Below, piece after piece: positions 32,956 to 44,170 of a stretch of DNA of 64,000 nucleotides (its first letter is position 1; each line of letters starts with the position of its first letter). The notes under the pieces are model-generated. The model was given only the letters and a program-made list of their open reading frames with translations. It was not told the origin of the DNA and did not search any database. Position numbers and translations under genes: made by a program. The DNA comes from Chloropicon primus. Lineage: Eukaryota. The stretch is taken from positions 62,001-126,000 of the forward strand of contig CP060773.1 of NCBI GenBank assembly GCA_023205875.1, written 5' to 3'.

Positions 32956-33231
32956 GGGGCGGCCAAGTGCGCACGCGCGCGCGGAGAACCACCCAACCCA
33001 CCTCGCGCTTGTGTGTAGTTAGAATGGAAGACAAACGACATAAATAGAGAGAGGGAGAGAGAAGACACACACACACACACTCGCGCGCGCGCGCGCGCAC
33101 ACACACACACGTTCGTGTGTGGATCGCGGGCATGAGAAGTATTCTGCTTTTTCCTAAAGTTACACTATACTTGTGAAATGAATGATTTTTCAAGGACGCG
33201 TCGCTCTCTCTCTTTCTCTCACCCTTTCTCA

Positions 33232-36108
33232 TCAGTAGGCGTAGTAGCCTCCGCCCCCGCCGCCCCTGCTGCTGCTGCTGCTGTTGTTCTTCTTCCCTCT
33301 CCTTCCGCCATGGTGGTGGTGGTGGTGGTTGTGAGAGTTCTGCTTCCTCCAGTTGTTCGTGAAGCTGTGGCCGCCGTGGCCGTGGCCCCGGTAGCGGCCC
33401 TGCACCTGGTCCAGGAGCTGCTTGTCGTACTCCCTCCTGCGCTCGTCGTTGGACAGGACATCGTAAGCCTGCCTGATCACGCCGAAGACCATGTTCATCT
33501 TGTCCATCGGCACGTGGCCGCAGAGGGCGTCCTTGTCCGGGTGGCACTTGAGAGCGACCCTGTGGTACCGCTTCTTGACGTCGGTAGACTCCGCGCTCAT
33601 GTCCAGGGAGAAGATCTTGTAGTAGTTGGGCAGGGGGCCGCAAGCCTCCTCGTAACAGCCGTAGTAGCCTTGGAGCTCCTTGGCCTTGGCCAGGATGTCC
33701 TCGAGGTGCCTCACCTTCTGGGAGATGGCCCTGTTCTCCTTCTTGGACAGCTTTCTGTTGGCCGAAATCTCGCTGAGGAACTCCAGGGCCTCCGGGTAGA
33801 GCTGCACACTCTCGCAGATGGCCGCGGCCCTCGTGTACGCCTTGATGTAAGTGGGATCGAGGGAGCACGCCCGGGCGCAGTCCACGAACGCGGAGAGCAT
33901 GTCAAGCTCCTTCTGAAACGTAGCGCTCCTGTTGCAGTACAGGATGGCCGTGAATGGCGGGCACTCCACCACGTTCTTGGAGACGGCCAACTGGATGGCC
34001 TGGGTATAGAGCTCCTGGCTCTTCTTGTTCTCCTGGCACGCGAATGCCTCGTTCGCAGATTTTTTCAGGTCCAGGATTCTCTTCCACTTTTCCACCCTCC
34101 CGGCCACGCTCCTGTGGATGGCGCAGCTGTCGACCTGGCAGCACATCTCGCCCAGCTTGATCGCCTTGTCGAGCTTGCCGAGGCCAGAGCACGCGAGGGC
34201 CTCCAGCCACAGCAAGTCCGAGTCAAAGCGATCGGGACCAGCCTGGTTAGGGTCTCTCTTGTGGGGAAGGAGAGGCAGGAGTTTCTTCACGTTGCCAAGG
34301 ATGCCAAGGACCGACGAGTACTTGTGAAGGGACAGGAGCACGTTGCACTTTGCGTTGATGAGGTCCCTGGACCTCGGCAGGTACTCGAGGTGAGTGCTCA
34401 TCTCCTTCACCAGATCCTCGGCACTCGTCTTGTTCATCGGGAAGGCCTTGGCCTGAACATTCGTGAGCTTCAGGATACTTTCGACGACCGAAAGCTTCTC
34501 CAGCACGTCCGACTCCATTCCCTTGCCCATCATTGGCTTGTCTCGGCACTTGATGAAAAGGTCCCTGGCCTCCACGAAATTGCACATGTACAGCTTGCAC
34601 GTCGCGTGCCTCACCTGAGCCCTCTCGTGCTCGGGGAAGATCCTCAGAGCCTCCTCGCAGTCCTCCAGAGCGCTCGTCGCGTTGTCCAGCATGATGTGGG
34701 CAGCGGCCCTGTTGCTCAGAGCGTCCGCCTGAATCTTGAGCGCTTCATTGTAGGAGCCCCGGCCCGCAGTGGCCGGGTCAAGGGCGGGCGCCCCCTCCCC
34801 CAGCTCAAAGTTATCCACCGTGATCACAAAGCAAGCGTTGATGCATTCCGTGTAGCTCTTAATTGCCGTGTGGAACAGCTGCTCGGAGAAGGCCCTGTTC
34901 CCCTCACCTTTGTGTTTCTGCGCTCGGCCCAAAGCATCGAAATTGTCAGCCTTCTTCCTCGCCTTCGGGCTGTCGGGGGCGGCGTGGCTAGGCGCCGCCC
35001 GGGCAGCAGAAGGAGACTCCGGCGGGCACCGCTCCTCAGCCAAGCTGGCCTGTCGGCTGAATTGCCCGCTCTGAAGCGCTTCTGCGGAGGAGGGCATGTC
35101 GATGAAGAGTCCGGAGAGGCTCTCAGCGAGCCGCTTGGACAGGGCCTCACCGAGTTTATCCACATTGCTCTTCGATCTCCTCCTCGCCGACTGATCGTTC
35201 AGATCCACGTGCTGAAACTGCCGGGACAGATCAACATCCACCGGGGAAGCGCCGAACACGTTCCCCGTGTGCGCATTCTCTTTCTCGTCGCCGTAATACC
35301 TTTCTCCCCCCTGAGGATGGGATGGCATCTTGCTATTGGGACTGCAAAACACGAAATCAAAGACCGTGTCGCTCTCCTTCCTTCCTCTGAAAGTCGAAGC
35401 AAAATCTTGCTGGTCCTCGCCCGCAGACTCTCGTGGCGAATCCCAGTTCGCAGAACTCTTTCCCCTTTGGTATTCCCCGTCCCCTCCGCCTCCACCGGGG
35501 CTCGAGAACACAAACTCAAACGGGGACGGAGACTTGTCGCTGCGTTTCGCCGGCGAGGATGGCCCAGACGATGCAGTGTCCATCATGTCCACCTCGTTCC
35601 CACCGGGCTGCTTCCCTTGTGGGGACGAGAAGACAAAGTTGAAAGCTCCCGGACCCCCGGAAGCAGGCTCGCTACCTTGCCCATCCGCCTCCGTCCCAGC
35701 CCCGGGCTCATTCCCATCACCGGCATCGCCCCCATGTACGTTCTGTGCGAAGAGTCTGTCCGCTTCTCCCGCTCCCGATGTCGTCGCAGCCTCAGCAGCT
35801 CTCGCTCTCCTCATCATCAAGCAATCCTGCAACTTGTTTTCCAGTTCAGCCACCTTCCTCTGCGCTTCCTCCAGCTGCTTCCTCAGGAACTCTTCCTCCT
35901 CCTCGCTCGCGTCCTTGGCTCGCCCTTGGTCTTGGTGGTCCACCACAGAAGCAGAAGCAGATGCAGATGCAGATGCAGATGCAGAAGGGGAGTCCTCCTC
36001 CACGCCACTCGCAGAGAACATCCCCATGCTGCTGATCCCAATCCAAACACTTCCAGTCCTCAGCAACAACTCCCCTCTGTCTCTTTCAAACCAAGCCTCA
36101 AGCCTCAA
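33232..36108 (-). CDS. TPR-repeat plus C-terminal J-domain co-chaperone (DNAJC7-like) with long disordered N-terminus; start uncertain (first ATG 36027)
   Basis: KGEGNRAF, ALSNRAAA and AILYCNRSA TPR motifs; NYYKIF...ALKCHPDK...AYDVLSNDERRREYD J-domain. Confidence 0.9.
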   Translation of the reverse strand: MRLEAWFERDRGELLLRTGSVWIGISSMGMFSASGVEEDSPSASASASASASASVVDHQDQGRAKDASEEEEEFLRKQLEEAQRKVAELENKLQDCLMMRRARAAEAATTSGAGEADRLFAQNVHGGDAGDGNEPGAGTEADGQGSEPASGGPGAFNFVFSSPQGKQPGGNEVDMMDTASSGPSSPAKRSDKSPSPFEFVFSSPGGGGGDGEYQRGKSSANWDSPRESAGEDQQDFASTFRGRKESDTVFDFVFCSPNSKMPSHPQGGERYYGDEKENAHTGNVFGASPVDVDLSRQFQHVDLNDQSARRRSKSNVDKLGEALSKRLAESLSGLFIDMPSSAEALQSGQFSRQASLAEERCPPESPSAARAAPSHAAPDSPKARKKADNFDALGRAQKHKGEGNRAFSEQLFHTAIKSYTECINACFVITVDNFELGEGAPALDPATAGRGSYNEALKIQADALSNRAAAHIMLDNATSALEDCEEALRIFPEHERAQVRHATCKLYMCNFVEARDLFIKCRDKPMMGKGMESDVLEKLSVVESILKLTNVQAKAFPMNKTSAEDLVKEMSTHLEYLPRSRDLINAKCNVLLSLHKYSSVLGILGNVKKLLPLLPHKRDPNQAGPDRFDSDLLWLEALACSGLGKLDKAIKLGEMCCQVDSCAIHRSVAGRVEKWKRILDLKKSANEAFACQENKKSQELYTQAIQLAVSKNVVECPPFTAILYCNRSATFQKELDMLSAFVDCARACSLDPTYIKAYTRAAAICESVQLYPEALEFLSEISANRKLSKKENRAISQKVRHLEDILAKAKELQGYYGCYEEACGPLPNYYKIFSLDMSAESTDVKKRYHRVALKCHPDKDALCGHVPMDKMNMVFGVIRQAYDVLSNDERRREYDKQLLDQVQGRYRGHGHGGHSFTNNWRKQNSHNHHHHHHGGRRGKKNNSSSSSRGGGGGGYYAY

Positions 36109-37102
36109 GCCAAAGCTTCTCTCTCTCTCTCTCTGTTGCTTTCTGTTACTCTCTGATGCAAGAAGCTTGAGCTGAAACCTCGGTCTGGTGATGGAGACAC
36201 CCTAATCCAATATCAATGCCGTCTCCTCCTCCTCCTCCTCCAGTCTCAATCCAATCCAATCCCAACCACCAACGCCCCGCCTCTCTCTCTCTGTCTCTCT
36301 CTGTCTCTCTCTGTTGAGGATGAGGATGAGGGTGATGGAAGAGCGAGGGATGATGCCGACGATGGCGGTAGTGATGGACCGCTAGGTCTCCTCCTCCGCC
36401 GATGCCGCCGCTGTCCTCCTCTTCCTCCTCGTCGTCCTCGTCGTCGTCGTCGCTCTCGTCGCTCCCCTAATGAACCACCACCAGGGACCAGGCGGGGAAG
36501 GGAAGGGACTTGCGGAGTTTCGGGATTGTGTTCGAGACGGAGGGAGACAGGATTATAAACAAGTTTGGGCTTGTTGGAAGCGTCTTCTCTTGATCTTTCT
36601 ATTGGTACCTTACTTGACGCGTTTGGCGTCCGGAGTCCTCGACAACTTGTTCATGAAGAGGATCTGAAGGTGTCGAAGCATCGAAGAGAGGACTTTTGTT
36701 GAGGAATCTGACGGCCAGAGAGAGAGGCAGAGGACTCGAGGAGGGCATCACGCGAACGATAAACTCGTGATCTTTCTGGAGACCTTTTTCTCGACGCGTT
36801 TGTCGTCCGGAGTGTTCTCGAACTTTGGTTTGACAAGGCATTGGGGAAGGAGGCAGGAGGAGGAATCACTTCTCTTTGGGGCAAAGCAGCAAGCGAGGTG
36901 GAGAGGTGAAGGGGTGAAGCGTTCCAGTATTCGAATGATATTCTCGCCAGCGTTCCATTGTGTGGTCGCTTGACTTGTTTTGGTTCCGGAGTGAGGAGTG
37001 AAGCTTCTTTGAAGTGGTTTTGCTTCAACTTATCCATTAGCTAGGGAGTGAGGCAGCAGACGCAACAGAGGCGGCAGAGGCGGCAGAGGGAGAGGAGGAG
37101 GG

Positions 37103-38206
37103 ATGACCGAGTACAGGAAGAGTGCGCAGACCAACTACTGGTGCGAGGTATGTCGCACTTGGGTGAGAGACAGCGTCCAGGGACGTGCTCTGCACGAGAA
37201 CGGGTCAAAACACAAGGAGGCACTGGAGAGGAAGCTGCGAGAGGGGAGGAGGGAAAGGGACAAGCGGGAGAGGATGGAGAGTCAAGCGAAGGAAGCGATG
37301 GAGAAGATCGAGAAGCTGGCGAGGGATCAGTACCAGAAGGATTTGAACAGTTTTGATGCCAGGAGGGGTGAAGTGGAGGGTCGGACGACGCAGAGGCATC
37401 GGGACGAGGCGAGCGCCGACCTTGAGGTGAAGAAAGCGGCAGAGAGGTCTTACAGGGAGAGTCAAAGTGCCGCAACGTCGAGCAAGGACAAGGACGTGAT
37501 CCAGGATTGGGTCTACGACCCGAATTCGGGGTACTATTACAGCTCCGAGACGGGGAGCTACTACGATGGACACTCTCAGATGTATTTCCATCACAACGAG
37601 TGGAAGAAAACTCCTCCGAAGAGAAACGAAGCGGCAGAGTTTGAAAGGTACTTTGAGACAGCAGGGGATGCTGTGGCGCAAGGCGAAGCTTTTGGCCCCG
37701 TGGCCCGAGGGACTGTTAAGCAGGCCACGACCATTGGTTATGGCGTGAACGCGAAGCAGGCGCTGCCTCAAAGGAACGAGTCGCGCCAGGGGGAGGCAGC
37801 CTCAGGATCTTGTTCGCTGCAGCAGAGCGGGCCGCCGATTGGGAGGAAGAGCCGCCCCGCAGTAGTTGTCAGGCCTGTGAAGAAAATCGTCGAGCGGAGC
37901 AACCAGAGTATAGGAGGTTACCAGATGCCTTTGTATTGTGGACAGGTTGGTGGCGCGAGGGGCATAGGAATGGTGGTCTCTGAGCCTGCTGCTGCGACGA
38001 CCAAGGATCAAGGACGCCAAGGAACGGCACAGGCCAAAGTGAAGAAGGCCGGAGGCGCCCGGGCTTCGCTCGCTGCGGGCCCGGCCATCGCCAAGAAGAA
38101 GGGCAAGAAAGCCATCAATCCGGAAGAGGCAAAGGCACTGAGGGCAAGAGAAGAAGCTCGAAAGAGAGTGGAGCAGAGAACCATGTCAAACTTTGGGTTC
38201 TCGTGA
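37103..38206 (+). CDS. ZOP1: U1-type zinc finger plus OCRE domain splicing factor (ZOP1/WBP4-like)
   Basis: MTEY..YWCEVCRTW..HENGSKH zinc finger; DWVYDPNSGYYYSSETGSYYDGHSQMYF OCRE repeats; EEAKALRAREEARKRVEQR tail. Confidence 0.82.
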   Translation: MTEYRKSAQTNYWCEVCRTWVRDSVQGRALHENGSKHKEALERKLREGRRERDKRERMESQAKEAMEKIEKLARDQYQKDLNSFDARRGEVEGRTTQRHRDEASADLEVKKAAERSYRESQSAATSSKDKDVIQDWVYDPNSGYYYSSETGSYYDGHSQMYFHHNEWKKTPPKRNEAAEFERYFETAGDAVAQGEAFGPVARGTVKQATTIGYGVNAKQALPQRNESRQGEAASGSCSLQQSGPPIGRKSRPAVVVRPVKKIVERSNQSIGGYQMPLYCGQVGGARGIGMVVSEPAAATTKDQGRQGTAQAKVKKAGGARASLAAGPAIAKKKGKKAINPEEAKALRAREEARKRVEQRTMSNFGFS

Positions 38207-38332
38207 GAGCACAAATCGAAGGAGGTCCAAAATTGGAATGAAATAAAGGTACACTGCTGTATTTGTAAATGCTGAAACAATTCTTTTTCTTTCGAGCAAC
38301 TCGCGACAAACCCGAGATCCTAACCCGAGATC

Positions 38333-39399
38333 CTAACCCTCCTGCAGAAGGAGCTTGTAGATGAAGCTAGCTCTTGGCTGAATGACGCCACCGAGTGAGG
38401 AGGAGATGAGCCCCAGGCACCTCTGCTTCAGGGGGTAAAGGAAGGTGCCAACGAAAGGTATGTTCTCAATCAAGCTCCCCACGGACCAGTCGTCCTTGTG
38501 CTCGACCACGCGACCCTCAAGCGAGATCGTGAGGTGCGTGAACTGATGGATGACTACCTTGGGAGTGAGAGGCAGCACTTGGTACTCCACTTTGAAATCC
38601 AGCAAGAGCTTGGCGCCCTCCCCATCCTTCCCGCCCAACCATAGACCAACCTAGTGAAGGAGCGAGCGGAGGACAAAACAAAGTTGCGGCGCGTGTGTGA
38701 GGAAGTCGAGCGTTGCGATGCAAAGAAAATAACCAGCAACCAATCAAAGAGAAAGAGAGAACAGGGGTCGACTCCTCACCTTGACTGGCCTGATGATGTT
38801 GAAGCTCCAAAAAATCTTCTTCATCAGCTGAAACAGAGACCTGATTTCGCAAACTCCGCAAAGCTTCACGAGAGGGTTCTCGAACGTGCAAACCTCGTCG
38901 TGGTTCCCGAAAATAGTCTCGTCGATCTCGTCCACAGTGGTGGACGAGTCGTACAACCTGAGGACGGCCACTTCAATGGACTTGGCCTCGGAGGCAAGCA
39001 TGCGAGCCTGCGAGGCGGCCGAGGCGCTCTGCACGGGTTCGCAGAACCCAAGACCAACCAAGAAGGAGAAGGAGGAGGAGAAGAAGAAGAAGAAGAAGAA
39101 AAAGAAAAAGAAAAAGAAGAGGTCAGAAAGTGTTCTCTCCCGTCCCAAATTAGACAACGGCAACGAGATGACCCAACGATTCGTCCTACCGTTTCCTTTG
39201 TCGCTGTTGAGGTTGTCGAAGAAGGCCTCCTCGAGGAGAAGCCCTTACTCGTCTGAGACTCCACAGGAGACACCAAATGACTCTTTCTCGATTCCCCTTG
39301 GCTCTCCATTCCCTTGGACAAATTCTGATTCTGCTCGAACAAAGTTCTCTTCACTCTCTCGCCGTGAAGCCCTTGGTGCTGACCCAACAGTGCCTCCAT
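38333..39399 (-). CDS. NTF2/SnoaL-like protein; predicted exons 39399-39190, 39028-38780, 38650-38333
   Basis: FENPLVKLCG..IRSLF and GRVVEHKDDWS motifs. Both phase-0 GT-AG joins keep the frame; exon 1 is less certain. Confidence 0.68.
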
Positions 39400-40292
39400 C
39401 GTGATGCCTGTCCAACAAAAAGCAAGGGAAACCATTCCAATCAGTTCCGGATACCTTGGTCCAAACGACGCCAAAACCTTTGACCAAAACATCAATCGAA
39501 AGATCGTGAGATGAAGCATCCTTCAGCACCCCTTCCTTCCTCCATTGAATCAGGCCTCGCTCTCCACCTCGCTCTCAACTTACCTCTGTCATGCACAAAA
39601 CAAACAAAAGGAGACCTCCATCAGTCACAACATCCTCCACATGACGTCGATTCACTCGAATAAAACATCAATCGAAAGAACGTGAGACAATGCATCGCAT
39701 GACACCTTCCACTTCCCGTCTATCCCCCTCAGTCCACCTCATCTTCCCTCTCAAAGTGCTCGAGCCCTTACCTCGCGCTCCCTCGCTCTTCTGTCCCCAA
39801 TTGGATTCAAATACACCAGTCCAAACGCCTGGTGCAGGTTTTGGAGCAAAAGCGTCGCTTTCTGTGGTCCTTGTGACGCGGTAAGGTATGCAGTGGCTAC
39901 AATGCGTATACGGTGGGAAATATCGTCTCGTCCTCTTTCGATTGAGCCCCTACTTGCTTGAGATGGCGCCCGTTTGAGGTCGCTACGATGGAATGAATCG
40001 TTGACAATTGCCTCCCTCTCCCATGTTACCTCGTGGCATATGTGGTGTAGCTCGATGGTTTGAGGGAACTAGCGGCTGAAACTTTGCAAAGAGCCGGCCA
40101 CAAGTATTGGTAAGAGGTGTCTTGCCTCATGAGGTGGATGGATGGAAGATGACGGAGTTCTGCCTTGTTTCGTTGACATCTTTCAACAGACATCCGGGAA
40201 GCGAGAGGTGGTGCTGGTTGAAAGATAGGCTTCGCGGGTCCATGGGATGACATCAGAGAACATCGCTTTCGTCGACGATTGGATGGTTGAAG

Positions 40293-41342
40293 ATGAAGTG
40301 GAGGCTTGAACTGTGCCACAAGGACTCTTCTTCGCTCCATTGCGTTCTCGGTCTCCTCCGCGAGCGGCCCGAGTTGTGCAGGAGCTTGGAAGGCTTTAAC
40401 GTTCCAAACAAGAGCAAGGGAAGGAAGTTCCTGCACGACACTTCGAGATGGCTCGCTTCAAGTGATGACTTCCACCGTCTTCGAAAGGAGACTGGTGCCA
40501 ACGTCGTCGTCCACTATTCGATGAAGTATCAGGCCCCGGAGAGAAACACGAGGGAGTTGTGTTTGTCGGACTTTTTGAAGCTGGACACGGTAAGCAGTAG
40601 AGTTTGCCAGCTGAATCGATGGCACCCGCGCTCTTCCTTCCCTCTTCTTCGATGATTCCCTAACGCTCGTGTGCATGCTGGCAGAGGGGCTGCTACAACG
40701 GCGGAGTTCTCGTCGTGACGGGGAGCAAGCCGAAGAGGAACGATTCCCTCAGTTTGCTGCGCAGCCTGCAAGGAAGAGGGCCAAAAGGCCTTCCGCTGCT
40801 TCACTGCGCATTCAACCCCTACTTAGTCGATGAGAAGCAGAGAGAGCAAGAGTACAATCGGCTGAGGTCCAAGCTTGAGACGGGAGTGTGCTCTGGAGTG
40901 TGGCTCCAAATTGGCTCCGACTTGAAGCTCTTGGAGAAAGGGTTGGCCTTCATCCGAAGCCTGGAGGGGGAAGCAAAGACGGTGGAAGAGGTGAAGGTGT
41001 ATGGAGGTGCGTATGACGTATGCCGTGCTCGCTCGAACGACCTCGAGAGGTTGGCTCTTCTCTTCGCTGACGCTCCTCTCCCCTTTCTCTCCACACCACA
41101 AATCGGCAGGACTCTTTTTGCCTTCTAAGCAGCTGCTCGCGCAGCAGAGGTTTAGGCCATGGGCGGGCGTCAAACTCGGTCAAGAGTACCTCACCTCCCT
41201 AGAAAAGGCTCGGGCGATAACGAGGAACATCTTGAAGGTCTTTGAGGCCTACGACGTGGTACCTCTCATAGAGTCGAGCGTTAGGAAAGTGGAGCAGCTC
41301 GACGAGCTGGCTGCCTACCTCGAAGGAGACGGACAAGAGTGA
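40293..41342 (+). CDS. Uncharacterised protein, possibly MTHFR-like/FAD-linked TIM barrel; exons 40293-40589, 40685-41006, 41110-41342
   Basis: Two GT-AG introns with CCTAAC/GCTGAC branch sites join three ORF pieces in frame (VHYSMKY, LVVTG, AFNPY, VWLQIG, FRPWAGV). The fold assignment is tentative. Confidence 0.72.
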
Positions 41343-41725
41343 TTAAGGCACACTTTTTAATTGTGTTATTAATTGTGTACAAGATAAGCGAGGCTATGCG
41401 TTTGTGGCTCACCAGCCTGAAACCAACTCACTCGCGCCGCGAAACAACAAGACAAGCGTAGCCTCAATCTCTCCTCTCCTTTATTCGCATTACGCCTTCG
41501 TGCATCCATGAGCCTTGTCGCCGCTATCGTCCTCCGCGAGACAGGCAGGTTATTCTACTGTGATGACCATCCCACCACATCGGCAAGAAAACAAACACAG
41601 AAGAGATCGCAATCAAGTCGTGGAGTCCAATCCCTCTAACACGTGTCATGGACAACAAATCAAGTTCAAAGTTGTTCTCTCCCTCTCTTTCTCTCGGTCG
41701 GTCGGTCGGTCGGTCGGTCGGTTGC

Positions 41726-42685
41726 TCAGAAACCCACCACGAGAGACTGCAGTGATTCTGAATCATGTCCATAGCCACAATCATCGTCCGAATCAATCTC
41801 GTACTCAATGTAATCCTCAAGAATGTCCTCGGGTGCCCAGCTCACCCTTCTCCCCTGGCGAAACACAACGTCGTGACCCTCGATCTGAGGAAACATGTAA
41901 CACTCGATCCAGTCCCTGACATGGTCCCAGCAAGCACTCTTGTTGCGAATGCTGAAGTAACATGACGAGGAAGGTCGAAGACCGAGGTTCCTCAGATCAT
42001 GGAACGTTTCGTTTCCCCACGAGCACGGCACGGCATCTTGTACTAAGTGGTTGGACATGAAAAGCTTCTTGGTCATCAAGCGCTTGCGACAAAATTGGGA
42101 ATAGATACTGAAGTTCCTCGGCAAATAAGAGTCCACGCAGCAGTACCCCGCAATGTCCATCTCGCTATATTGTGAGAACGCCATGTTGACCACAAGGCAC
42201 CCCGATGCTTCCATGCCCATCACTACGGTATGATCCAAAGGTATACTCGTCTTCAAGCTCACCATTTTGATGTGCTCGTACGCCACAGCAGCTGCGATGG
42301 GGACCTTGTCCGCGTACCCGTACTTCTCCTTGTAAGCCGCCGGCGTCATGCCATCGAACTGCATCACTGGAGTGTCCACCAGACCATACTCTGACTTGAG
42401 TTGAAGAAAGTACAAACATACTTTCAAGTTCTTCATCGTGAAACACGACACGAGTTCTTGGACCTTTGTCACGAAAGCAGAGTTCCTCTTCTCATCCAGG
42501 GATACTGGTATTACGCTGAAGAGGAGCAAGTCAGGCTTGTTCCGACTGCTCAAGATCTCTTTGGTGGCAACAATCGATACACCTTTGGCATCAACAAGGG
42601 AAGTTATCCGCTTGGCTTCCATCGATCCTATAAGCGGCCGCTGGTTGTTGTACGTGAATGAATAGTCCTCCACATCTTCCTTCAC
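41726..42685 (-). CDS. Divergent alpha/beta-hydrolase (acyl-protein thioesterase/carboxylesterase-like); 5' end uncertain
   Basis: SIPLDHTVVMGMEASG, IAGYCCVDSYLP and LFMSNH..DAVP...GNETFHDLRNLG parallel the Abhydrolase_2 motif order. Confidence 0.62.
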   Translation of the reverse strand: MKEDVEDYSFTYNNQRPLIGSMEAKRITSLVDAKGVSIVATKEILSSRNKPDLLLFSVIPVSLDEKRNSAFVTKVQELVSCFTMKNLKVCLYFLQLKSEYGLVDTPVMQFDGMTPAAYKEKYGYADKVPIAAAVAYEHIKMVSLKTSIPLDHTVVMGMEASGCLVVNMAFSQYSEMDIAGYCCVDSYLPRNFSIYSQFCRKRLMTKKLFMSNHLVQDAVPCSWGNETFHDLRNLGLRPSSSCYFSIRNKSACWDHVRDWIECYMFPQIEGHDVVFRQGRRVSWAPEDILEDYIEYEIDSDDDCGYGHDSESLQSLVVGF

Positions 42686-43450
42686 CTTCTTCGGTCTTCA
42701 CGTTTCATAAAATATTCATAAACCAACAAGAACCAAAAAAACAAAGGTGGAATGGAATGAGAAACACAACATGTCAATTCAGTTCAGCTCCGTCTGGGAT
42801 CTTGAAATCAAATCAAAATGGTGTTTTTGTCTTGATGAACGTACCTTACGCAGCAAGAAAACATGGTGACCTAAACGAATCTTCCGTCCTAATACAATCC
42901 CCTGAATCGATTCTCCCTAAGCGTTGGCTGTGCCCAATCCCCTATGGTCACAAAGAAATGGAACAAGAGCCAATGACCTGAATGACCCCTCTTCCCCTTC
43001 CCCTTGTAGTCTGTGGGTATGTGACTAAAACCTTGACACCTTTGCGACCTGCATCTTCATCGAGGCAACTGGCAACTGATCCCCCTCCTCACCAAACCTT
43101 TTTTCTCGATCCCTCACCTCAATCTTTTACTGTCTTGATGATGATTCATGTAAGAAAAGTAAGACTCATGAAACCACAACGAGGATCCCTTGCACAAGAA
43201 AAAGGAAATGAAACCTTAAACCTCTTGCGTGTCTCGTGTCTTCTTGTTGCTGCTGCTCAAGCGTTTGTGTGTATGTTGTTGTGAAGATGGTTTGATACAC
43301 GAAGGACCTTGATCAGTGAGGCGGCTTCGTGCTTCGTGGACGGGGGGTCAAGGGATGGCAAAGGTGTTGCCCTACGAGGTTGCTCTTGGGTTGCTCCTCC
43401 TTGGTGGCCAAAAGTCCTCTACCTCCGTGAAGGGAAGCGAAGCAAATTGT

Positions 43451-43485
<35 letters not shown>

Positions 43486-44170
43486 AAGGGTTGAGGAGGA
43501 AAGAGGAGAGAGAAGGGATTAGTAGAGGAGGAGGTGAGAGGAAGAAGGACCTTTGGGGATGGGGATCTTTCTCCAAAAAACTTTGGGTGCAGAGGAGTGA
43601 AGGAAAACCACAGGGGGAGGAGAGGGGCAGGGTCCTTGGGCATCTTTGCCATTCCCTCACGATGGGGATTAAGGAAACGAGAGGGAGGAGACGAAGCGAG
43701 GCTGGAGGCTAGGAGTTCTCGATCCTAGTAATTAAGGAAACAGGAGAGAATTCCGAAACTTACTGCCAATGTTGGAGTTCTTTGCTTCCAAGAGAGGGAG
43801 AGAGAGAGCCTCTATCCTTGGGTAAGATTGATTACCAAGGCCTTCTCTATAAGAATACGAGAGAACGACGGACCCACAACGAGGCAGGAAAAGATGCCCC
43901 TCCAGATGATTACGATTACAAACGAAAGAGAGAGAGAGAGAGAGAGAGAGCCTCCAGGGAGGTTCTGTGTGCTTTGGGCGCTCGGATCGCAGGAACCATT
44001 GCCAAAAGTGAGTTTGGCTCACTAATAAACGACGCTTGGTTTGTTTTTTGTTTTTTTTTCCAAAAACAAAGCCCGGAGAGGAAATGTTGATATTTCCGAA
44101 CCCCCGCATTTCCATTTCCCAATTTTGGGTTTTGAACAAGACCTGATCACGAGGAAGTTCAGGGGTGGAG

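Noticed and set aside
33178..36156. 992-aa plus-strand ORF
   Set aside because: Antisense shadow of the TPR-J gene, expected from strong GC3 codon bias; no recognisable domains.
38310..38340. CTAACCC telomere-like motifs
   Set aside because: Only two copies, within a 13-bp local duplication at a gene 3' end; not a telomeric array.
42700..44140. Many short overlapping ORFs
   Set aside because: They derive from microsatellite and low-complexity DNA with no coherent codon bias or motifs.
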